A stretch of DNA of 64,000 bases from Cyanobacteria bacterium P01_D01_bin.156 (GTDB lineage Bacteria; Cyanobacteriota; Cyanobacteriia; Phormidesmidales; Phormidesmidaceae), in assembly GCA_039024555.1 (NCBI GenBank), contig JBCCQQ010000001.1:32001-96000 (forward strand). Reading direction: 5' to 3'. Shown in pieces: positions 1-9,533 of this stretch; the first letter of the stretch is position 1, and every line of letters begins with the position of its first letter. Position numbers and translations under genes: made by a program. Below the pieces are notes generated by a model. That model was not told the origin of the DNA and ran no database searches. It worked only from the letters and a program-made list of their open reading frames with translations.

Positions 1-599
1 TTCTTAGGAAAAGAAGGTACAGGTTTTGGAGCCGATTTAGCATTCTCTGGTTTTGCTTTCTTATCTTCATCAGAGACATCTGTTTGATTCTTTCTTTGAA
101 GGTGCTTTACCGTTTTTGTGTCGAGTAACAGTTTCTTTATTTCATCAATATTTTTTACCCAATCAGCTATTGCCCAAAGCTCAAATTTATCGATTCTCGG
201 TTTCTTCCGTTGGTCTTTTCGCTTGCGTAGATCGGTGTAAACTGGACAATCATCCCTTAGAAGATCCTTTAGAAGAGAGAATGCCTCATTGAAGACATGA
301 TCATCAAATTTTTTGTAGCTGTTAAAATCTAAATCTTCAATTTCTTCATCTGTTAAACTTTCATTTACCTCTTCAGAGAGATAGTCATTTACATATCTCC
401 ATAAAGTCTTTTTGCTATCGCTTTCAATGATTAGTTTTGGTTTGTGAAAATCGGTTGTATCCCATTCCCATGTCAGATTGCCTCCTTCCCATTGTCTTGA
501 TTCTTCAAGGTCAGAATCATGGCAAAGATTGAGTAATGCTTCCATGTAAATCAGGGTTCGCCAGTGTACTACAGACTGAACATCGTTTCTCCTTATCAT
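1..599 (-). CDS. Hypothetical protein, 5' part only (runs off window start); not in the supplied ORF track
   Basis: Manual translation from ATG at 599 gives MIRRNDVQSVVHWRTLIYMEALLNLCHDSDLEESRQWEGGNLTWEWDTTDFHKPKLIIE...PKPVPSFPK, open to base 1. Confidence 0.75.
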   Translation of the reverse strand, partial: MIRRNDVQSVVHWRTLIYMEALLNLCHDSDLEESRQWEGGNLTWEWDTTDFHKPKLIIESDSKKTLWRYVNDYLSEEVNESLTDEEIEDLDFNSYKKFDDHVFNEAFSLLKDLLRDDCPVYTDLRKRKDQRKKPRIDKFELWAIADWVKNIDEIKKLLLDTKTVKHLQRKNQTDVSDEDKKAKPENAKSAPKPVPSFPK

Positions 600-801
600 G
601 CAAGCTCTTCCCCGACTCAGATACTCTAGTAACCTTTTTTGAAATTTTCTAGAGGAATTGAGTCAGTCAGTATGAATTTACTGAGAAGAGCTTGTTTCTT
701 AATAAATTACCTAGTATGTTTACGTGATGGCATGGTAGCAAAAGTTACATAGTCTTCCTGTTTGTAGTTGCACTGGATATTCCAACGATACGGAATGTGC
801 G

Positions 802-1338
802 GTGCAACTATCAGCGAGGAGCACTGTAATGGTTACGATGAAATCGCTTGAAATTCCCGACCATGAACATAAAGGGACATTAATATTGCTTAATGTATAT
901 TCAGGCCCGGTGTCAGAGCATAGTTATTCAGAACACCCAGATGTTCTGCAATCTATTGAAACGATGGGGGGCTATAGTATCGTACCTTTTGTAAAAAATG
1001 CGATACATAAGGCTGGAGAAATCAGCGTGAAACCCATCAAGTATATGGATCAGAGTCCGAAGCTGGGTTATTTCATCAATCGATACCGTATATCTGGAAA
1101 TGTTGGCTTGCTGAATATGCAAGACACCGATATCAAATTGCTCTTGAGGCAGCTGGAGGAATCTCCTCATGCCGTACAACGTCAGATTCCAGGTATCTTC
1201 CTTAGATGTAGCTATGGATTGAGCGGCAAGGGCAAATATGTGCATAACTATTACGCCCTTGGTCTCGTGCCAGGAGTTCCGGTTGATATCAGCGAGCCTA
1301 TTATCATTTCAAGTGGTTGGCTCAAACGCCTTAAATAA
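802..1338 (+). CDS. Hypothetical protein (start may be a downstream ATG)
   Basis: 178-codon ORF divergent from the 1-599 gene; no motif recognised. Confidence 0.55.
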   Translation: MQLSARSTVMVTMKSLEIPDHEHKGTLILLNVYSGPVSEHSYSEHPDVLQSIETMGGYSIVPFVKNAIHKAGEISVKPIKYMDQSPKLGYFINRYRISGNVGLLNMQDTDIKLLLRQLEESPHAVQRQIPGIFLRCSYGLSGKGKYVHNYYALGLVPGVPVDISEPIIISSGWLKRLK

Positions 1339-1436
1339 AAATGAATATACACGTAGGCATTTGCCTGAAAAGCTTTCCAGCATGGTTTTCAAAAGGGTTA
1401 TCCTTACCATGCCTTTTATGTAAACATTTGTAATGA

Positions 1437-1507
1437 GATCCCGAGAGTCCGAATTAGGATTCCGAGAGTCTGAATTAATGTTTTTGGGGCATTCCGAATG
1501 TCCGATT
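1437..1507. repeat. Tandem 21-bp imperfect repeat (heptamer-based, STRR-like)
   Basis: GATCCCGAGAGTCCGAATTA (1437-1456) and GATTCCGAGAGTCTGAATTA (1458-1477), plus a degenerate ATTCCGAATGTCCGATT (1491-1507). Confidence 0.7.
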
Positions 1508-1571
1508 GACCTAATAGAACTGGAGTCTTGAGGCTTTTAAGCTGTCATCAGTTGAATGTTGAAGCAACTAA

Positions 1572-2279
1572 ATGAACAGTGAATCTCGAAAAAAAGCAAA
1601 GCCTTCTAGGTCAGATACGCCAACCCATGAGCAGATAGGAGCCTGCCAAAAAGCTTACGACTATTTCAATGGCACTCTCTTTGATGGCACACTGCCCGAT
1701 GTGATGGAAAACTTTAGCCGCAAGAGTAGAGCAAAAGGCTTTTATTCTTCTGAAAGTTGGTATAAGGGTGAGCACTGTATCCCTGAAATTAGCCTCAATC
1801 CCGATATGCTTGCACGGCCTACTATTGAGGTCATGTCAACTCTTGTTCATGAAATGGTTCATCATTGGCAGTACACGTATGGAAAACCAAGCAGACGCGG
1901 ATATCACAATCGCGAATGGGCGCAAATGATGGAGTTAATTGGTTTGATGCCTTCTTCTACTGGCGAACCAGGGGGTAAGAGAACAGGATTTCGTGTCACT
2001 CATTACCTTATTAAAGGTGGTCGATTTTTTAACGTCTTTAGTCAGATGCCTGAAGATTGCTTGATGCCTTGGATACACCTTCCTAAAAAGATTGATAATC
2101 GCAAGGTAAATAGTAAGGTGAGGAAGACTGGTGAATCTAATTCTAGAGTCAAATCTAAATTCACTTGTCCTCTTTGTCAGGCAAATGCTTGGGGAAAACC
2201 TTCATCCAATCTCATCTGTGGCAGATGCTATGAGGTTGGTGGCGATATCGTGCGAATGAGTAATCAAGATATTGTTTGA
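1572..2279 (+). CDS. SprT-like zinc metalloprotease with C-terminal Zn ribbon
   Basis: HEMVH (HExxH), YHNREWA, GLMPSSTGEPGGKRTG, and C-terminal CPLC...CGRC; a type common on conjugative elements. Confidence 0.85.
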   Translation: MNSESRKKAKPSRSDTPTHEQIGACQKAYDYFNGTLFDGTLPDVMENFSRKSRAKGFYSSESWYKGEHCIPEISLNPDMLARPTIEVMSTLVHEMVHHWQYTYGKPSRRGYHNREWAQMMELIGLMPSSTGEPGGKRTGFRVTHYLIKGGRFFNVFSQMPEDCLMPWIHLPKKIDNRKVNSKVRKTGESNSRVKSKFTCPLCQANAWGKPSSNLICGRCYEVGGDIVRMSNQDIV

Positions 2280-2563
2280 TCGTACGATCAAATTTGCCAG
2301 TATTCAGGGTGTATCTCTATCTCGTATGTGTCATACGGACTCATCACAGGGTTTATCTAGCAAAAGCGGATATGGGCCAAGCGGTTTGAAGCATCGGGGC
2401 AATGTGTAGTCCGCTGTTAGCTGAATACCAAAGGGTTTTCAGGATAACAGAGCTAGGTCCGAATCGTTGAAGTTCCACTCAACGATGGCCTCACCATAAA
2501 AACGCTACGAAAATCCAAACTACTGAGATCACTACTACTAGACTCAGTTCTACTCATTTAACT

Positions 2564-2672
2564 GGAGGTTAAAGCTATGAAGTACTAAAAGCTCATTTGC
2601 TGCATCAACAGCAAATGAGCTAGTTCACACTGACCGAGTCAAGAGCTGTCACTCATATTTGGCTTGGTCGGT
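2564..2672 (+). promoter_or_regulatory. Micro-ORF (MKY*) with strong SD followed by two RNA stems; candidate cis-regulatory leader
   Basis: GGAGG 2564-2568; ATGAAGTACTAA 2577-2588; perfect 13-bp IR 2590-2602/2609-2621; 14-bp stem 2629-2642/2659-2672 with three G-U pairs on the + strand. Confidence 0.5.
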
Positions 2673-2708
2673 GCCAATCGATTCAACTTAGTGTCTCTGA
2701 TTTTAACT

Positions 2709-3017
2709 ATGAGTACTGGAATTAACAACCACTCAACAGAATTGATTGCTTCAATGTCTTTACCCGAATGCGTCCCAGACGTTGTGCGAGATCCAGATGC
2801 ATTAGCAAATCTGGCTTGTTTCGCGATTGACTCGGCAGCGGGTAGATCTGAAACATTTGTTGGGATTGATTTTCTGAAATACGAAGTTCAGATCACCTAC
2901 TTAGAAAGTAAATCCCCAATTGAACGACTGACGATAGCTCAGGAGATTATTGGCTATCTAAAGCTTCTCATTTCTCAACCTTCACAAGCCACACAGCCTA
3001 CAAAAATGCTGTCATAG
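2709..3017 (+). CDS. Hypothetical protein (~102 aa)
   Basis: ORF track 2664-3017; ATG at 2709 preferred because it lies beyond the stems; followed by a hairpin at 3048-3065. Confidence 0.6.
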   Translation: MSTGINNHSTELIASMSLPECVPDVVRDPDALANLACFAIDSAAGRSETFVGIDFLKYEVQITYLESKSPIERLTIAQEIIGYLKLLISQPSQATQPTKMLS

Positions 3018-3047
3018 CATTCATTTCGTAACTCGAAATCTTAACCG

Positions 3048-3065
3048 CTAGCCCATAAGGGCTAG
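3048..3065 (+). terminator. Short hairpin, possible terminator
   Basis: CTAGCCC-ATAA-GGGCTAG; no clear U-tract. Confidence 0.35.
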
Positions 3066-3280
3066 TATACCTAGTCCTATCACGACATGTGTTCCAGGGC
3101 ATAGGAATTCTTAGTATTCAAATGTGTTCATAGAGGTGATTCTGATGTGATGACACAGACCGTTTATGAATCGTGACCATTGAAGAGATTCCCGGCGCGA
3201 GCTTTGACTTAGAAGCTGCCAGGTAAGAGTTTTGGGATTGTATCTACTTTTTCTTTAATTGTTGTTTTCTTCCTATTCTC

Positions 3281-3850
3281 ATGGAGCAGAAACGAATGTC
3301 GAGAGAAGTCACCATTACGGCTTCTCAACTCTCACAAGAATCAGATCAGGCCCTACAGCTGCTTGCATTGGGTGTGCTTTACGTCTCAGGCTTTTCCATT
3401 GTGGTTGAAGCAGGCCCACCCACTCCCTTATGGCTGCTTCTGGATAGTGCGTTTGTAACCGCTGCGTACCTAGAGAAACATAAAGCTCAGCTACCTGCCA
3501 TGTGGCGATGCCTTGTTCCTCAAAGTGTATGGGGACATGTAGCCCTGTCAGCGGTTACTACTGTCGCAGCTATTGGTCTATCGTTAACCTTTCCAAATCA
3601 AGCCCATGCCTTTGCACAAACGCTTGAGCAGAACATCGGGCAGTGCTTTCCTCAAGCCCAGGAAGGAATCAAGATAATATTCGGTTTGCTACGCCTGGGC
3701 TTGTCTATCTTCTTGCTGAGTCAAATGGTCTCATCTGTTGTTCAGATTGGTCGGGGTGAAAGCCCACTTCCCCTTTTGATTCCAGCATTAGCCGTTATTG
3801 CAGCGGTGGTCATTGTGGATTTCATGGCGACGTTTATTGGTGGCTGCTGA
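3281..3850 (+). CDS. Conjugation pilin-like membrane protein (VirB2/TrbC-like C-terminal half; Alr7204-like by position)
   Basis: AHA-F processing-like motif followed by two hydrophobic helices; first gene of the T4SS operon. Confidence 0.6.
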   Translation: MEQKRMSREVTITASQLSQESDQALQLLALGVLYVSGFSIVVEAGPPTPLWLLLDSAFVTAAYLEKHKAQLPAMWRCLVPQSVWGHVALSAVTTVAAIGLSLTFPNQAHAFAQTLEQNIGQCFPQAQEGIKIIFGLLRLGLSIFLLSQMVSSVVQIGRGESPLPLLIPALAVIAAVVIVDFMATFIGGC

Positions 3851-3860
3851 GGAGGTTGCA

Positions 3861-5639
3861 ATGACATCAAGACAGTATCTCAGAGTAATTCAGCAGCTAG
3901 GCCAGGGTAGTGGCATCTTGTTTCTTCCCGTCCATATGATTGGCCCAGCCGTGCTAATCAGTGGCGGTAGCATTGCTCTAAAAGCCATTCGACCAGATCT
4001 TCCTTGGTCGGTTCTTGGATTTATGGTCGTTGGTGGAACGCTCTTCTGGTTTCTGCTGACCTTTAAAGAAGGAAGTTTCCGGTACCTTAACAAGCTGTTC
4101 AAATCGCTACATCCACGCTGGCGACGTGATGATTGGAAGCAAGAGACTGCGATGGCGCAGCCTTTGTTGATGCAGAAAACTCCTGAGGTTGAGTCACCTG
4201 CTAAGCAGCTTAGAGCGAAACCGCTGTATAAAGAGTTTCACCTGGTTGCCATTATCCATTTTGTCTATCAAGACAAGATCGTAGAAGCCTGCTTACTAGA
4301 ACGAGAGTCATCCTTTTCTCGACTTCTAGGAGGAGCATCTGACTGGCGTGTGGTCTTTGGGTTTCAGACTCAGGGGATCCATTCATATACCACTGAGGAC
4401 CAATTTGCCAGGTCATATAGTTGTCTAGACATGGGGCTTCGTGAATTCTCTCAAAACGAGCATATTACCTTTTCCCTCCGGCTACGAGCCGATGCCTCAG
4501 ACTGTCGTGATGAACTACTTGGAACCATTGAAAAAGCCGACAATACCGCGTTTAAGATACTTGCGAGTTATGAGTTAGGGCGTCGCGAAGAGCTAGCCAC
4601 TGCCAGGCAGAGAAAACTTATGGACCTGTTGGTCTTTGCAACGTATACCGAAGAACGAGCACTGTTCCGTGGAGATGATTGGGTGGCATTGATTATCAAT
4701 AGTCTCCAAATGGGGTTACGCCTTAGTTGGCTACCGCTCAAGCTTGGACTTGCTCGTTACATTCATTATCTTAAAGGTGATGAAGCTCAGCAAGAGAGTG
4801 CTCAACTGTCTGCGTTTTTACGCAGGGCCTATACCGAAGGTTATTTTCATTGGGAGTCATTTTTGACCCAAAAGCTTAAGCTTTCTGATGCGATCGCACT
4901 TTCACGTGGTGAATACTGGCAAGAGATCTGGTCGCAGCTCAACGGCCCCGATCCTGTCTCTGACATCCCTCGCATTATTACTGTCACGGCTACAGGGAGT
5001 TCTGAAGAGATCACCACCCCCCTAGATCCCCGACGCATGCTGCTTCAGCACATTCCAGATGCTAGAAGTTCAACCGTAGATGTTGCCGGTAACTGCGTCA
5101 TGCTGGCTCGATGTATCGCCAAACCCGGTGGAGCCACCAGTGCGCGTGAGGTGATGCACTTCATTTTTGAGCGTATTCACGAGAGTAACCATGTTGAGAT
5201 TATCACCCAGCTGTCGAAGGCAGATAGCCAGATGACGCGGGCGTTACTGAATTTTCAGAGTCGTCGTGCCAGCCACGCCGCCGCAAAAGCAGACGCCATG
5301 AATATTCCAGATGTCGGGGCCTTGCAAAATAGGCAAGGCTCCCTCGACGCCGAATCTGCCATTCTTTCAGGCCAAGCGGTACTCAAAGTAGCGTTTGTTA
5401 TTAAAGTTACCGCACCGACCTATGCGGACGCCCACGCAGAGCTACGCAAACTTTGTCGTTGTTGGCCGATGCCGATGCAACTGGAGATAGATCGGTATGG
5501 AGCGTGGAGAACGTGGCTTCAGACGTTGCATAGCACTTGGGAACAACTGCTCGTCTATGGTCCGTTTGATCAACGACAGCTGATGCTGTCATCTGAGGTG
5601 CCATTGCTGCTGCCCATTGTGATGCCGAGGTGCGAGTGA
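3861..5639 (+). CDS. VirB3-like N-terminus fused to N-terminal half of VirB4-like ATPase
   Basis: ATG 3861 with GGAGG at 3851-3855; two N-terminal TM segments; ends ...AWRTWLQTL...EVPLLLPIVM, the segment that precedes the VirB4 ATPase domain in cyanobacterial homologues. Confidence 0.7.
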   Translation: MTSRQYLRVIQQLGQGSGILFLPVHMIGPAVLISGGSIALKAIRPDLPWSVLGFMVVGGTLFWFLLTFKEGSFRYLNKLFKSLHPRWRRDDWKQETAMAQPLLMQKTPEVESPAKQLRAKPLYKEFHLVAIIHFVYQDKIVEACLLERESSFSRLLGGASDWRVVFGFQTQGIHSYTTEDQFARSYSCLDMGLREFSQNEHITFSLRLRADASDCRDELLGTIEKADNTAFKILASYELGRREELATARQRKLMDLLVFATYTEERALFRGDDWVALIINSLQMGLRLSWLPLKLGLARYIHYLKGDEAQQESAQLSAFLRRAYTEGYFHWESFLTQKLKLSDAIALSRGEYWQEIWSQLNGPDPVSDIPRIITVTATGSSEEITTPLDPRRMLLQHIPDARSSTVDVAGNCVMLARCIAKPGGATSAREVMHFIFERIHESNHVEIITQLSKADSQMTRALLNFQSRRASHAAAKADAMNIPDVGALQNRQGSLDAESAILSGQAVLKVAFVIKVTAPTYADAHAELRKLCRCWPMPMQLEIDRYGAWRTWLQTLHSTWEQLLVYGPFDQRQLMLSSEVPLLLPIVMPRCE

Positions 5640-6988
5640 TGAGCCTTGAATTATTGAGCCTTAAAGGCGGGAGACCCACTCGCATCTCACTCACCGAATC
5701 AGTCTTTCATCTGCTAATTACGGGCAAGACCGGGTGTGGCAAAAGTGCCTTGGCTGTTCAGACTCTCATCGATAGCATGATTGCTGGAATGCCTGTCTCA
5801 GCGCTGGACGTGACGAAGCCAGACGGCAGTGGAACGTTTAGCTTTGTGCATTATATTGGTGGACGATATCAGGATTTACGGAGAGGAGGCAATCCCCTTG
5901 AGCCGCCTGATGTCCGATACTGTGCCGATGATCAAGAGCGCCAAGAGAAACTAGCCCAGTTTCGGCAGTCGGTCGCAGGCTTACTTCTTGCCATGACGAT
6001 CAGTCCCCAGGAGAGTGATGCTGATATTGTTCATGCGCTTGTGTATCGAGTCGTTTCAGCGTTTTATGATGACGTGTCGATTGCACAGCGTTGGCAGCAA
6101 GCCATCGAAGCAGGTCTAGGGACTTCTGCGTGGGAAGAGCAGCCGACCTTAAGGGATATGGTTAACTATTTTTCCCCTGAGAGACTTCAGATGAAACGTT
6201 ATGGAGAGCGTATTCGTGAAGTCAGCGCGCGGATGTTGCTAAAGCTTGAAGGATGGCTGAATAGGCCTCTAGGAGAGTCGCTCTGTATACCCAGACAGTA
6301 TGAGGATAACCACTTATGTGTGATCTATCCCTTACAAAGTCTTGATACAGATGAGGCTCCTGTCGTTGCTCAGAGGATTTTGAATGAAATCACTCGAAAA
6401 TCACTGAATTATCGTAACAGTGTAGTCTTTCTAGATGAAGCTCCCATTCTCCTTCAGCATGATGCGATTGCAGCTACGGTCGCCCAGATTATCTCGAAAG
6501 GCCGTAAAGATGGCACTCGAATGCTTATCGCAACGCAGGGGCCAGACGCCATCCAACGGTCACCCTTTCGAGCACAGATTCTCGATAATATCAGTGTGAG
6601 ACTGATTGGCGTCATTGAAGAAAGCTCAGTCACGGATTACGAAAACATCTTCAGGTATCCACGTGAGCTACTGATACCGTGCAGTGAACGAGGGTTTTAC
6701 CCATCTCGACAGCTTATCTGTAGTCATTGGTTAGTGGATAACAGAGGAATACTGACCCCGTCTCGATTTTTTGTTAATTACTTGACGTTAGCCCTCTGCG
6801 CCAATCAAGTAGAGGAAGTCGCTGCACGGGACCGACTACTCGCGTCCTTTCCAGAGGATGCCATAACTGCCTTTACGACCTTCGCTCATCTACTCAAACT
6901 CTCGTTTCGGAGTGGTCAATCTATCGAACGGTTGGTTGACGACTGGATAGCGGCCCATGTCCCGAAGCCCTTAATTCAAATGCCGTAA
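5630..6988 (+). CDS. virB4: VirB4-like conjugation ATPase, C-terminal ATPase half
   Basis: Walker A GKTGCGKS, Walker B VVFLDEAP, GRKDG...ATQ motif. Confidence 0.8.
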   Translation: MRVMSLELLSLKGGRPTRISLTESVFHLLITGKTGCGKSALAVQTLIDSMIAGMPVSALDVTKPDGSGTFSFVHYIGGRYQDLRRGGNPLEPPDVRYCADDQERQEKLAQFRQSVAGLLLAMTISPQESDADIVHALVYRVVSAFYDDVSIAQRWQQAIEAGLGTSAWEEQPTLRDMVNYFSPERLQMKRYGERIREVSARMLLKLEGWLNRPLGESLCIPRQYEDNHLCVIYPLQSLDTDEAPVVAQRILNEITRKSLNYRNSVVFLDEAPILLQHDAIAATVAQIISKGRKDGTRMLIATQGPDAIQRSPFRAQILDNISVRLIGVIEESSVTDYENIFRYPRELLIPCSERGFYPSRQLICSHWLVDNRGILTPSRFFVNYLTLALCANQVEEVAARDRLLASFPEDAITAFTTFAHLLKLSFRSGQSIERLVDDWIAAHVPKPLIQMP

Positions 6989-7012
6989 TTGTTGTGTATC
7001 TAAGAAAAAACG

Positions 7013-7792
7013 ATGCGACTTCGCCAAATTTTACTTGCTTCTGTCCTTGCCTGTGGTGGCCTTGCATGCACCGCTGGAGCCTACGCTCAATTTTTTCCTG
7101 ATAGTATGTTCTCGTTCCCTGGTAGTCATTCAGCAAATGAGAATCTGTGGCCAGAACTCCACGGAGTTTATGAAGACTCCTATAATCGCTTGGAGGATAT
7201 TCTTGCTGACACCATTAATGAACAATTTGGTGTACTAAGTGATGCCGTTGAAGATATTCTCGCGTCAACTCTTAGCGAGCTAGGTATTGTCGATATCGAG
7301 CAAGCCAAAGCACAGATACACGACTTACTGAAACGTGAGCACAGCGACTTTGACTTGTATCAATTCCCGGTAACTCAGCAACTAACCGCATGGCTTAATC
7401 AAGTCAATCGTGCTCAGGTAGAATCCCGTGCTCACGCTGTTATTGGCACGACTGGCCAGCAGGCAACCACCCTTAAACTAGAACAGCTCCAGCAGGACAT
7501 TGTTGAGGTTGGCCTACTCGCTGATGAAGCACAAGGAGACATTGCTACGCAGGATGTACTCAAAAGGGTTGCCGAACAAACCGCGATCAATACTCAGATT
7601 CTAGGTGCCCTTCATTCAGAAACCATTGATACGCGCCTTGATACCCATTTACAGGGTCAAGTACTGGTTGATGTTTCAGAAGCACTGGCCGCTGAGCGCA
7701 AGCAGCGACTCTATGAAGAATTAGCAACCACCACCAGCGCTTTTTATGGTGCCGCGAGTTACATGCTCACAGTGACCCCACCGGAGGAATAA
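7013..7792 (+). CDS. Secreted helical T4SS protein (Alr7207-like by position)
   Basis: Signal peptide (AGAYA-Q), helical composition, TQDVLK motif, follows virB4. Confidence 0.6.
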   Translation: MRLRQILLASVLACGGLACTAGAYAQFFPDSMFSFPGSHSANENLWPELHGVYEDSYNRLEDILADTINEQFGVLSDAVEDILASTLSELGIVDIEQAKAQIHDLLKREHSDFDLYQFPVTQQLTAWLNQVNRAQVESRAHAVIGTTGQQATTLKLEQLQQDIVEVGLLADEAQGDIATQDVLKRVAEQTAINTQILGALHSETIDTRLDTHLQGQVLVDVSEALAAERKQRLYEELATTTSAFYGAASYMLTVTPPEE

Positions 7793-7797
7793 TACTT

Positions 7798-8811
7798 ATG
7801 CTACTCCTTCAAGTAGCCCCTAATCTCTCTCTGCAAGATACACAAATCATCTTTGAGACCGTCAGTAGCTCATTTGATCAAATAGTGACTGATTTATTTA
7901 CGAAGCAGGGCATCTTCACAGCCTTGGTGACCTATGGACGAGTAATTTCACTGGGTGCCTCTACCTTTTGGATTGTGCAATGGAGTCGAAAGGTGGCCAG
8001 TGGCCAGGAGGCGATGTCAAAGCTAGTATGGCCCCTTGTCTGTGTCATTCTCTTCTCTAATCAGGGGAAACCGCTTGCTGCGATTAATCTTGGCGCACGG
8101 TCTATCGTCAATCAGATTACGACAGGAATTCTTTCAGAAACCGTCAATGGGTTGAAACTGCAGACTGCCATGAGTCAAGCCCTCGCTCAGGGCTCAGCGG
8201 CTCAATTTGGAGCATTGGCTCAGCGAGCCTGCGCCGACCTATCTGAAGGCGAACGTATACAGTGTCTTGAAGACTATGATGCACAACTGCAGCAACAATT
8301 GAAGCAGCTTCAACGCGATAAAGACAGTGAGGCGTGGTACTCGGGAATTACTCAATATCTGAGTATTAAAAAGCTCAAAGAGTCGTTGATTGGTGATCTA
8401 GCGCTGACGCTCGAACTAGCTGCTTTTTCAGCTGTGTTCTATGGAATCGCGACCGTGATGGTCTGGACAATTGAAATCGCTCTGATAATTTTCATGGTGA
8501 CATCTCCGATTGCTGTGGGTCTTTCTCTCTTACCTGTTCCAGGTAGACCTCTTATCGTGTGGGCGTCAACATTTATCGGCATTGGGATGGCGAAGATTGG
8601 TCTCATTACCTCTAATGCGATTGCCGCCAGCGTGGTGGTGTCTTCGTCAGCAAACCTAAATACTGTGCTATTACCTCTCTTCATGGCTCTGGGAGCTCCT
8701 GTAATTGCGACAGGACTTGCCGTTGCTGCAGGAGGAGGCACGTTTCTCTCGATTGCAGCAGGGCCAGTCGCCTCAGTCTCTCTTTTAAGTCGTCTTTTCA
8801 GCAAAAAATGA
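7798..8811 (+). CDS. VirB6-like polytopic membrane protein (Alr7208-like)
   Basis: Multiple TM segments, WP...ILFSNQG and PIAVGLSLLP motifs, operon position. Confidence 0.7.
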   Translation: MLLLQVAPNLSLQDTQIIFETVSSSFDQIVTDLFTKQGIFTALVTYGRVISLGASTFWIVQWSRKVASGQEAMSKLVWPLVCVILFSNQGKPLAAINLGARSIVNQITTGILSETVNGLKLQTAMSQALAQGSAAQFGALAQRACADLSEGERIQCLEDYDAQLQQQLKQLQRDKDSEAWYSGITQYLSIKKLKESLIGDLALTLELAAFSAVFYGIATVMVWTIEIALIIFMVTSPIAVGLSLLPVPGRPLIVWASTFIGIGMAKIGLITSNAIAASVVVSSSANLNTVLLPLFMALGAPVIATGLAVAAGGGTFLSIAAGPVASVSLLSRLFSKK

Positions 8812-9533
8812 AACCACTACTCTCAACTCGTCCAGCATCCAGCCGTCTGCCAATGCTGGTCACTGTGCTCGCATTTCTGCAATTTGGTGCGCTTGGTTCT
8901 TCATTGTTGCAGTGGGGCGCAATCTCCCGATTATTGGCACAGGATAGGGTTTATCTCCATACCGAGGTCGGGGAGATCCATACACTGCAAAAGATAGATC
9001 CACGTCATAAAACACCAGAAGTTATACAAGCGTTTACGCTCAAAGCATTGATGCTGCTTTATTCTTGGCCTGGGTCACAGCCTAATCACTTTGGACAGAT
9101 AAAGACAGATACGGGGGTTGACGTTGATGTTGGAGATGAGGTGTTTAAGGTTCCCACCCACGTCGCTCAGGCAATTTTTCTAATCATTCCAGGATTTCGA
9201 GAGGCTCTGCTCAAACGAATCGATCAGGTATTGCCGAGTGATTATTTTAGCGGATCAGTTGAAGTGTTACTGGTAGTAGATGAAATTACCCTGCCCAAAG
9301 AGATTGAGCCAGGACGCTATGAGCTAATAGTCGTCGGGAATCGCTACACCGTCCATAACGGCCTGCTGCCCGGTCAGCGAGAGGCATTTAATAAGGTCGT
9401 TACGGTAGAGACTTCACACCTCTCTGCCATACCCATCGGAGAAACTCAACTAGCCCGCCAAGTGTTTGGAGTGCGTTCAGCGGGGTTAGTCATTGTCGAT
9501 ATTCATGATATGTCATTTGAGGAACAACAATAA
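8808..9533 (+). CDS. VirB8-like bitopic T4SS protein (Alr7209-like)
   Basis: Single N-terminal TM, ATGA overlap with the upstream gene, C-terminal RSAGLVIVDI. Confidence 0.6.
   Translation: MKPLLSTRPASSRLPMLVTVLAFLQFGALGSSLLQWGAISRLLAQDRVYLHTEVGEIHTLQKIDPRHKTPEVIQAFTLKALMLLYSWPGSQPNHFGQIKTDTGVDVDVGDEVFKVPTHVAQAIFLIIPGFREALLKRIDQVLPSDYFSGSVEVLLVVDEITLPKEIEPGRYELIVVGNRYTVHNGLLPGQREAFNKVVTVETSHLSAIPIGETQLARQVFGVRSAGLVIVDIHDMSFEEQQ

Noticed and set aside
53..292. 79-aa plus-strand ORF
   Set aside because: It is the antisense shadow of the longer minus-strand gene at 1-599.
1437..1507. Replication iterons or oriT
   Set aside because: Only two good copies, with 7-bp sub-periodicity like cyanobacterial STRR repeats (similar to 48452-48520); no rep or relaxase gene nearby.
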